A stretch of DNA of 20,574 nucleotides from an uncultured bacterium (GTDB lineage Bacteria; Abyssobacteria; SURF-5). This document shows, piece after piece, positions 8,782 through 15,290 of this stretch. Position 1 is the stretch's first letter. Each line of letters opens with the position of its first letter. The translations under genes were made by a program, and so were the position numbers. The notes below the pieces were generated by a model. The model ran no database searches. It saw nothing but the letters and a program-made list of their open reading frames with translations, and was not told the DNA's origin. The DNA lies in contig CAZEBC010000055.1 in assembly GCA_964510165.1 (NCBI GenBank), forward strand, positions 1 to 20,574, read 5' to 3'.

Positions 8782-8939
8782 TACGCCTTTCGTGAATCCT
8801 GGAAGGTATCAGGCCACTTCGTGTTGTGGCGGTTCGTTGAATCGGGGACACCATGCTGCATGGTATCCCCATTAACACGTTCCAATTTAGCTTTGCGGCA
8901 TTTTGTCTGATTAGGGAGTCCAACTGACGGAGGGTAATC

Positions 8940-9557
8940 ATGTTCAAGAAGACCATAGCAGTTGTGCTTTGTCTTGCGCTCATCTCCCCCGCGTTCATCG
9001 GTTGCGAATCGATAGGTCAGGAGCACAGGGGAGCGGCGGTGGGCGCAGGTGTCGGCGCGGGCGCGGGCGCAATTACCGGGGCGCTCATTTCGGACGACCT
9101 CGGCGGCGCCGTAGTGGGCGGCCTGATCGGGGCGCTCATTGGCGGCGTCATAGGGCATTACGCCTACGACAAGCAGAGAGACAGCACGGAGACGAGGGGC
9201 GTTTACAACTATCAGCCTGCCCAGGGTACCGTACTGAATATTGAGGAGGCCACTCCCTTTCCGAGAACTGTCCGGCCGGGAGAAACAGTCGACCTCAAGA
9301 TGACGTACGCCGTGCTGACGCCGTACCCGAACAACCGAATACCGATTACCGAAATCCGCGAAATCACCTACCGGGGCGAACTGGTCGGAAGACCCCAAGT
9401 GGATGTCCAGTACAATGACGGCACGTACACGTCCACCGTTCCTCTCCAACTGCCGGCCGACGCGAAGCCAGGTGAGTATCGCGTGAAGTACATCGTCCAG
9501 ACCGCGGGCGCAAGCGATACCCAGGAGGCCACGTTCGAAGTCGGACGTGCGAGCTAA
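8940..9557 (+). CDS. Glycine-zipper lipoprotein with C-terminal beta-sandwich-like domain
   Basis: Signal peptide II with lipobox-like FIGC; GAAVGAGVGAGAGAITG and GAVVGGLIGALIGGVIG glycine zipper; beta-rich C-terminus (LPADAKPGEYRVKYIV); SD GGAGG. Confidence 0.85.
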   Translation: MFKKTIAVVLCLALISPAFIGCESIGQEHRGAAVGAGVGAGAGAITGALISDDLGGAVVGGLIGALIGGVIGHYAYDKQRDSTETRGVYNYQPAQGTVLNIEEATPFPRTVRPGETVDLKMTYAVLTPYPNNRIPITEIREITYRGELVGRPQVDVQYNDGTYTSTVPLQLPADAKPGEYRVKYIVQTAGASDTQEATFEVGRAS

Positions 9558-9673
9558 CCGGCATATCCGTCTGGAGGGACACAATAAGGCAAAGGGGTAA
9601 CTCTCATGCCTTTCCGCTCTCTCCCTCAGGGAGAAGGCTTCCAGACTCGTCGTTGTCGCCATTGGTCTTTCTG

Positions 9674-9702
9674 TTGACAAAGATATCCGTGTTCAATATA
9701 AT
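9674..9702 (+). promoter_or_regulatory. Perfect-consensus sigma70 promoter for the iscU-fumarase-usp operon
   Basis: TTGACA (9674-9679), 17 nt, TATAAT (9697-9702). Confidence 0.85.
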
Positions 9703-9769
9703 GAAGGCGCGCGCGGAAGTTTTTTGTCTCTGAAAGCCATGGCCGGCCGATTGCCTAACCACCCTTTCG

Positions 9770-9784
9770 GGTTAATAATTATAA
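9770..9784. promoter_or_regulatory. PerR/Fur-like box in the iscU leader
   Basis: GGTTAATAATTATAA fits the B. subtilis Per box TTATAATnATTATAA at 12 of 15 positions (counting n). Confidence 0.45.
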
Positions 9785-9830
9785 TAGATGTTTGGATCAA
9801 TTTGAGACCGCGTGGTGGAGAGGATTTCAA

Positions 9831-10211
9831 GTGTATAGCGAAAAGGTGATGGACCACTTCACGAATCCGCGAAACGTCGGTGAAATACCCGATGCGGACG
9901 GCGTCGGCGCCGTCGGCAATCCCGTGTGCGGCGACGTGATGAAGATTTTCATAAAGGTCGAAAACGACCATCTGAAGGACATAAAGTTCAAAACATTCGG
10001 TTGCGGCGCGGCCATTGCCACCAGCAGCATGGTGACCGAACTGGCCAAAGGGAAATCCCTCAACGAGGCGATGAAGATCACCAACAAGGACGTGGCCGAG
10101 GAACTCGAGGGACTTCCCCCCCAAAAGCTTCATTGTTCCAACCTGGCCGCCGATGCGTTGCACGCAGCAATCGAGGATTATCGCCAGAAACGCCCGGCGA
10201 GTACAACGTAA
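9831..10211 (+). CDS. iscU: Fe-S cluster scaffold protein IscU/NifU-N
   Basis: GTG start after GGAGAGG; YSEKVMDHFTNPRNVG, GNPVCGD, KTFGCGAAIA, LPPQKLHCS. Confidence 0.95.
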   Translation: MYSEKVMDHFTNPRNVGEIPDADGVGAVGNPVCGDVMKIFIKVENDHLKDIKFKTFGCGAAIATSSMVTELAKGKSLNEAMKITNKDVAEELEGLPPQKLHCSNLAADALHAAIEDYRQKRPASTT

Positions 10212-10254
10212 GCCGTTCCAAAGAAACACCCGCCTTTCATGCGCTGGAGCTTGG

Positions 10255-11109
10255 ATGTCACTGGTAAGCGAAATCTTTGAATTGTATCGCCGCATGGCGA
10301 CCGTTCTCTCTCCCGACGTCCATGCCGCCTTGCGGCATGCGCGCGATTCTGAAGAGAAAGGAAGCGCAGCCCACACGGCGCTCTCCACCATTATCGAGAA
10401 CATCGAACTGGCTCGGGCCGAGTCTAAACCCATGTGCCAGGATACCGGCTATCCCGTTTTCTTCATCACGCTGCCGGAGGGCGCGTCGATGATGCGGGTG
10501 AGAGAAACCGTTTTGGAGGCCACTCGCATCGCCACCGCCGAAATCCCCTTGAGACCGAATGCGGTTGACTCCGTGACGGGCAGGAACTCGGGCGACAACA
10601 CGGGAGTAATGTGGCCGTTGACCTATTTCGACTGTTGGGAGAAGGGCCATATTCTCATAGAAGCGATGCTGAAGGGGGGCGGCAGCGAGAATTGCGGCCT
10701 CGTATGCAGGCTGCCCGACTCGCGGCTCAGCGCCGGAAGGGACCTTGACGGCGTCCGGAAGGTCGTGCTCGACGCCATACATTCGGCGCAGGGACGGGGT
10801 TGCCCGCCTTATGCCGTTGGCGTTGCGCTCGCCGGCAGCAAGGATAGCGCCGCCCAGCTTGCAAAGCGGCAATTGCTCAGGTCGCTTGACGACACAAATC
10901 CCTCTCCCCAACTCGCGGCACTGGAGGAGAGGCTCCTCGAAGAGGCAAACAGCCTGGGCATCGGCCCGATTGGCGTGGGCGGGAAGACATGCGTCATGGC
11001 GGTCAAGATCGGCGCCGCTCACCGGCATGCCGCATCGTACTTCGTCGACGTCGCGTTCGCCTGCTGGGCCGATCGAAAGGGTACGCTCGAATACCGCGGA
11101 AGATTATAA
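10255..11109 (+). CDS. Class I (Fe-S) fumarate hydratase / tartrate dehydratase alpha subunit
   Basis: PMCQDTG, LRPNAV, KGGGSEN, GCPP, GIGPIGVGG, C-terminal CWA; ATG 10255 after GGAG. Confidence 0.92.
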   Translation: MSLVSEIFELYRRMATVLSPDVHAALRHARDSEEKGSAAHTALSTIIENIELARAESKPMCQDTGYPVFFITLPEGASMMRVRETVLEATRIATAEIPLRPNAVDSVTGRNSGDNTGVMWPLTYFDCWEKGHILIEAMLKGGGSENCGLVCRLPDSRLSAGRDLDGVRKVVLDAIHSAQGRGCPPYAVGVALAGSKDSAAQLAKRQLLRSLDDTNPSPQLAALEERLLEEANSLGIGPIGVGGKTCVMAVKIGAAHRHAASYFVDVAFACWADRKGTLEYRGRL

Positions 11110-11111
11110 GA

Positions 11112-11717
11112 ATGGCCGAATACTTACTCACAACGCCGCTCAGCGAGCAGACAGTGCGAAGACTCAAGGTCGGCGACACCGTCAAACTCAGCGGCTCGAT
11201 ATTTACCGCCCGTGACCGCGCCCACAAGTACCTGATCGAGGAGGCGACGCCCGGAACGCTTGAGTTCAGCCTGAGCGGCGCCGCCCTCTATCATTGCGGC
11301 CCGATTGTCCGGAAAACCGGCCTCAGGTGGGAAGTCGTGGTTGCGGGGCCGACCACGAGCAACCGCATGAATCCGTATGAGCCGGATGTAATAGCCCGTT
11401 ACGGGGTGCGCGCCATCATCGGAAAGGGCGGGATGGACGACCGGACAATCGAGGCGCTTTGCCGCTATGGTTGCGTCTATCTCTCAGCGGTCAGTGGGGC
11501 GGCGGTTGTGCTTGCTCGTTATGTCACGAGCATTCCGAATGCGTATAAGCTTCAGGAGTTCGGCATGCCGGAATGTTTCTGGGAATTTGAGGTGAGCGAG
11601 TTTCCTGCCATCGTCACCATGGACAGCCATGGCCAGAGCCTCCACAAGCAGGTGGAGCTGGCTTCGGCGGATAGGTTGAAGAAGCTATTGACACAGGGAG
11701 GAACACACCCGGGTTGA
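11112..11717 (+). CDS. Class I (Fe-S) fumarate hydratase / tartrate dehydratase beta subunit
   Basis: LKVGDTVKLSGSIFTARDRAH, YHCGP, GPTTSNRM, IGKGG, MDSHG; starts 2 nt after the alpha stop. Confidence 0.92.
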   Translation: MAEYLLTTPLSEQTVRRLKVGDTVKLSGSIFTARDRAHKYLIEEATPGTLEFSLSGAALYHCGPIVRKTGLRWEVVVAGPTTSNRMNPYEPDVIARYGVRAIIGKGGMDDRTIEALCRYGCVYLSAVSGAAVVLARYVTSIPNAYKLQEFGMPECFWEFEVSEFPAIVTMDSHGQSLHKQVELASADRLKKLLTQGGTHPG

Positions 11718-11733
11718 GCGAGGAGAACTGCCC

Positions 11734-12201
11734 ATGATCAGAATCGAGAAAATCCTGTTCCCGACCGACTTTTCCGAGCCGAGCAGATATGCCTTTCGGT
11801 ATGCGCTCTCGTTTGCGCGGGAGTACGGGGCCAAGCTCTACGTTCTGCATGTGATCGAAGACATCCAATACCTGGCAAACGCGTACATGTTCGACGTTCC
11901 GATCATGCCCTCGTTCGCCGACATGGAGCAGAACCGGCTCAAGGAACTGCAGGAATTCATTGATCGCGAACTGGGCGGCGAAGATATCCAGATCGAAAAA
12001 GCGGTCAGACGCGGCCGGCCATTCATCGAGATAATACAGATGGCGCGTGACGAGAAGGTGGACCTGATCGTTACCGCCACTCACGGACGCGGCGGGCTGG
12101 AGCACGTGCTGTTCGGCAGCGTCGCCGAGAAGGTGGTCCGCAAGGCGCCATGCCCCGTGCTCAGCATCAGGTCACCCGAGCACGAGTTCAAGATGCCGTA
12201 A
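11734..12201 (+). CDS. usp: Universal stress protein (UspA family)
   Basis: KILFPTDFS, LHV, DLIVTATHGRGGLEHVLFGSVAEKVVRKAPCPVL; SD GAGGAG. Confidence 0.95.
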   Translation: MIRIEKILFPTDFSEPSRYAFRYALSFAREYGAKLYVLHVIEDIQYLANAYMFDVPIMPSFADMEQNRLKELQEFIDRELGGEDIQIEKAVRRGRPFIEIIQMARDEKVDLIVTATHGRGGLEHVLFGSVAEKVVRKAPCPVLSIRSPEHEFKMP

Positions 12202-12208
12202 GGATGAC

Positions 12209-12259
12209 TTGTCCCCGGAGCGTTCTTTTGGCATAATAAAGATAGTGATATTGCTTCTT
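12209..12259 (+). promoter_or_regulatory. Putative sigma70 promoter with adjacent Fur-like box upstream of the nfu gene
   Basis: TTGTCC (12209-12214), 17 nt, extended TGnCATAAT (12229-12237); GATAGTGATATTGCTTCTT (12241-12259) matches the Fur consensus GATAATGATAATCATTATC at 13 of 19. Confidence 0.5.
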
Positions 12260-12399
12260 AATCGAAGGGATGAAGGCTCGGCCGTGGGTGCAAATATAGT
12301 CGCACGCCGCCTGCCTTTCTTCGCTGCGCGAATAAATTCGCATCTGCACAAGTAGAGAACAGACTGTGGTAAGTCACTGATTCGGAAGGAGGCTCATAC

Positions 12400-12621
12400 G
12401 TGAAGGAAGAAGTCAAAGCGGCACTCGACGACATCAGGCCCCAAATGCAGGCCGATGGAGGCGACATCGAGCTTATTGAAGTGACCAAGGACGGCGTCGT
12501 GAAGGTGCGCCTCGTCGGCGCATGCAAGGGTTGCCCCGGCGCCCAAATGACGCTTCAGCTCGGTGTCGAACGTGTCCTCAAGGCGCGCGTGCCTGGCGTC
12601 AAGGCGGTCGAGGCCGTCTGA
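12400..12621 (+). CDS. Single-domain Nfu (NifU C-terminal) Fe-S carrier
   Basis: IRPQMQADGGDIEL and GACKGCP (CxxC); SD AAGGAGG; GTG start. Confidence 0.93.
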   Translation: MKEEVKAALDDIRPQMQADGGDIELIEVTKDGVVKVRLVGACKGCPGAQMTLQLGVERVLKARVPGVKAVEAV

Positions 12622-12643
12622 TAGAACAAGACGAACAAGTATC

Positions 12644-12682
12644 CGAAAGGAAGCGCGCCCAGTTCCGGGTGCGCTTCTTTCG
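12644..12682 (+). terminator. Intrinsic terminator after nfu
   Basis: CGAAAGGAAGCGCGCCC-AGTTCC-GGGTGCGCTTCTTTCG long GC-rich stem with T-rich 3' arm. Confidence 0.75.
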
Positions 12683-12740
12683 TTAGAGGGGATGGATGTG
12701 AATAAGCTCCTCACAGCGCCTCTCGGCTGGAGGTAGAAAA

Positions 12741-12974
12741 ATGAGAGCCTACAGTAAGCTGAAGAAGGTGGGATTCATTGGCCCATACTCTGGAGCCAGA
12801 CATCAGTTTATAAATTATCAACATCATCGATTGGCAATCCCTACCAATAATGAATACTCAATTCCCCAGCTTCGTCTGTTGATCCGGGAAGTCGAGAGAA
12901 TAATCGGTCGCAACATTGACATACGATTGGAGCCGATTGTGAAGAGCTTGAGATATCAGGAGCCCGCCCCATGA
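12741..12974 (+). pseudogene. hicA: HicA-family toxin remnant (short N-terminus, C-terminal frameshift)
   Basis: LKKVGFIGPYSGARHQFI..HRLAIP.NNEYSIPQLRLLIREVE is HicA-like, with the catalytic His; the expected C-terminal DWSRL* lies in the +1 frame (12925-12942); no hicB nearby; locally AT-richer. Confidence 0.65.
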
Positions 12975-14260
12975 AGAAAATCCTCTATATCGTGCTCGAC
13001 GGACTCGGCGACAGGCCCATCCCGGCCCTCGGCGGAAAAACCCCGCTCGAGGCCGCCCATACGCCCGAGATGGACAAGCTTGCGCGCCGGGGCGAAAACG
13101 GCGTCATGCACACGGTCGCCCCGGGCATAGCGCCCGAATCCGACATCGCGGTCATCTCGATCCTCGGATACGATGCGCACAAGTATTACACGGGCAGAGG
13201 CCCCCTGGAATCGCATGCGGTCGGCCTGAAGGTAAGTCCCGGCGACCTTGCCTATCGCGTCAATTTCGCCACCATGGGCGAGCAAAGGAAGATACTCGAC
13301 CGCCGCGCCGGCAGGAACCTGACCACAAAGGAGGCCGACGAACTGTGCAGAGAGGTCAACTCTAAGGTCAAGCTCACCTCCGTTCCGGGCGCGAGCTTCG
13401 AGTTCAAGAATACAATCGAACACCGAGGCGTGCTCGTCATACGCTGCGGCGGAAAGCTGTCGGCCATGGTCACTAACACAGACCCCGCCTATGGCCGGGA
13501 GGGCCTGCTCGGCGTGGCCCTGGAGAAATTCGAAGACGTGGTGCAGACATGCCGGCCCATGGAGGACGCTGAGGACCGCGAGGCGGCGGAACTGTCCGCC
13601 AAACTCACGAACGAATTCGTGGAGAAGAGCCACCTGACACTCGAACGATCGGAGGTCAACAAGAAACGCCGTGCCGAGGGAGGACTCCCCGGCAATCTGA
13701 TCCTCACGCGGGATGCCGGAGACCGGCTTCCGAAAATGCCGTCTATATATGAACTGTTCGGCGTGCAGTTCGGCTGTTTTCAAGAGATGCCCGTGGAAAA
13801 GGGCATCGCAATGCTGACGGGCATGGACATAGTCCCGATTCCGCAGGCCTCAGGGGACTTTCAGAAGGATTACCCGTTTCTCGCCGAAAAGGCCGCCGAG
13901 GAGATTCACAAGTACGGGGGCCTCTACATCCATATAAAGGGTCCCGACCTCCCAGGCCATGACGGCAAAGCCGAGAAAAAACGCGATGTGATCGAAGCCA
14001 TAGACAGGTATTTCCTCGCAACTCTGATTCCCAAAATCGACTTGAGCGGCATCGTGCTGACCCTGACCGCCGACCACTCGACGCCATGCATGATGAAATC
14101 ACACTCGGCGGACCCGGTGCCCCTGCTCATCGTGGACTCTTCGCTGGAGCCCGACGGCGTGGCCGCCTATACCGAGGCTCAATGCGCAAAGGGCAAGCTG
14201 GGTGAAATCACAGGTGTTCAATTGCTTCCGAGACTGGTCGAACTAGCCCGGAAGAGATGA
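12971..14260 (+). CDS. apgM: 2,3-BPG-independent phosphoglycerate mutase, archaeal ApgM type
   Basis: IVLDGLGD, KTPLEAAHTP, PESD (phospho-Ser), YTGRGPLE, DRRAGR, HIKGPDLPGHDG, TADHSTP, HSADPVP. Confidence 0.92.
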   Translation: MKKILYIVLDGLGDRPIPALGGKTPLEAAHTPEMDKLARRGENGVMHTVAPGIAPESDIAVISILGYDAHKYYTGRGPLESHAVGLKVSPGDLAYRVNFATMGEQRKILDRRAGRNLTTKEADELCREVNSKVKLTSVPGASFEFKNTIEHRGVLVIRCGGKLSAMVTNTDPAYGREGLLGVALEKFEDVVQTCRPMEDAEDREAAELSAKLTNEFVEKSHLTLERSEVNKKRRAEGGLPGNLILTRDAGDRLPKMPSIYELFGVQFGCFQEMPVEKGIAMLTGMDIVPIPQASGDFQKDYPFLAEKAAEEIHKYGGLYIHIKGPDLPGHDGKAEKKRDVIEAIDRYFLATLIPKIDLSGIVLTLTADHSTPCMMKSHSADPVPLLIVDSSLEPDGVAAYTEAQCAKGKLGEITGVQLLPRLVELARKR

Positions 14261-14272
14261 AAGGAGTTTGCT

Positions 14273-14479
14273 GTGAAAGACAAGACCCCTCCCGAGCACT
14301 ATACCACAAGCGAATGGACACAGGAGGAGTGGCGCCGCCATTGGAATATCTCGGTCGGCGCCGCCTATGCGTGTGAAAAGTGCGGGAACATGATAATGAT
14401 CACCAAGGGCGGCGTCGGTACACTCGAGCCTTATTGCTGTGACGAACTGATGAAGCCCGTCAAAGGGGAATCGCTATGA
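14273..14479 (+). CDS. Small desulforedoxin-like protein (one CxxC-x17-CC domain) with Trp-rich N-terminal extension
   Basis: SD AAGGAG, GTG start; YACEKCGNMIMITKGGVGTLEPYCCDELMKPV resembles desulforedoxin [27 protein letters not shown]. Confidence 0.82.
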   Translation: MKDKTPPEHYTTSEWTQEEWRRHWNISVGAAYACEKCGNMIMITKGGVGTLEPYCCDELMKPVKGESL

Positions 14480-14763
14480 GCACACAACGCGCGAGGCGCG
14501 CGCCCCGGTCAATGCTTGGTGTGACATTCCGGTGCAGCGTGTGCGGCGCCGAGACCATTGTCATCCGGACTGGCAACGGCGCGCTTCGGCCCATATGCTG
14601 CAATCAGCCCATGGACCGGCTCGAGAAGAGAGCCTCGATGTTTCGCTGCCCTGTTTGCGGGTCGGAGCTCGCGGTGATAAGAGTAAAAACTGGCGGCCTT
14701 CGGTTGATTTGTTGCAACGTTCCGATGCGCGAGATGACGGCAGCCTCATTAGCAAATCCTTGA
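14476..14763 (+). CDS. Tandem double desulforedoxin-like domain protein
   Basis: FRCSVCG-...-CCNQPM and FRCPVCG-...-CCNVPM, both CxxC-x17-CC; ATGA overlap with the upstream gene. Confidence 0.85.
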   Translation: MSTQRARRAPRSMLGVTFRCSVCGAETIVIRTGNGALRPICCNQPMDRLEKRASMFRCPVCGSELAVIRVKTGGLRLICCNVPMREMTAASLANP

Positions 14764-14788
14764 TTTGCTTATGCCTCCATACTATAAT
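14760..14788 (+). promoter_or_regulatory. sigma70 promoter for hsp20-lon
   Basis: TTGATT (14760-14765), 17 nt, TATAAT (14783-14788). Confidence 0.7.
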
Positions 14789-14842
14789 TGGAGCGGAACG
14801 GGTTCCCGCTTGAGTGCAAGCCGAAGCGAAAGGAACTAAGAA

Positions 14843-15289
14843 ATGGACACTCCGGGAAATTTATTCGCAGATGTGAATTGGGCGCGGGAGGAAATGGAGC
14901 ATTTCCTGCACCATGTCTTTGGACAAGCCCTTCCGCTTCTCCGTGCGTCCGAGCGAAAGTGGCGGCCAAATGTCGATGTCTTCGAATGTGGTGAAAACAT
15001 TATTATCATCGCTGAACTCGCCGGGGTTGAAAAAGAGGACGTTTCGCTGACGTTTGAGGACGGCAAACTGTATCTGTCCGGAGTCCGGAAAGACACTGTC
15101 CCCTACAGGACCAGAAGATATTGCCAAATGGAAATCAGCTATGATCAATTCGAGCGAGTGATCTTCTTGCCGGACAACATCGACGCCGAGGGAATCACGG
15201 CAAAACTGCACAACGGATTCATGGTGATTGAAGCGCCGAAGAGAAAGCGGGAAATCCCGAAGGGCCAAAAAGTTCGGATAGAGGAATGA
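14843..15289 (+). CDS. hsp20: Hsp20/alpha-crystallin small heat-shock protein
   Basis: WRPNVDVFE, AELAGV, LSGVR, EISYDQFERVIFLP, AKLHNGFMVI. Confidence 0.93.
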   Translation: MDTPGNLFADVNWAREEMEHFLHHVFGQALPLLRASERKWRPNVDVFECGENIIIIAELAGVEKEDVSLTFEDGKLYLSGVRKDTVPYRTRRYCQMEISYDQFERVIFLPDNIDAEGITAKLHNGFMVIEAPKRKREIPKGQKVRIEE

Positions 15290-15290
15290 A

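Noticed and set aside
9792-11111. Longer ORF-track starts for iscU (9792), fumarase alpha (10153) and beta (10989)
   Set aside because: Extensions lack family similarity or overlap the upstream gene; starts at 9831, 10255 and 11112 fit SD position or translational coupling and family N-termini
14809-14829. CIRCE (GAGTGCAAG) or HAIR (CTTGAGT) heat-shock operator before hsp20
   Set aside because: Only half-sites; the matching arm at the required spacing is absent
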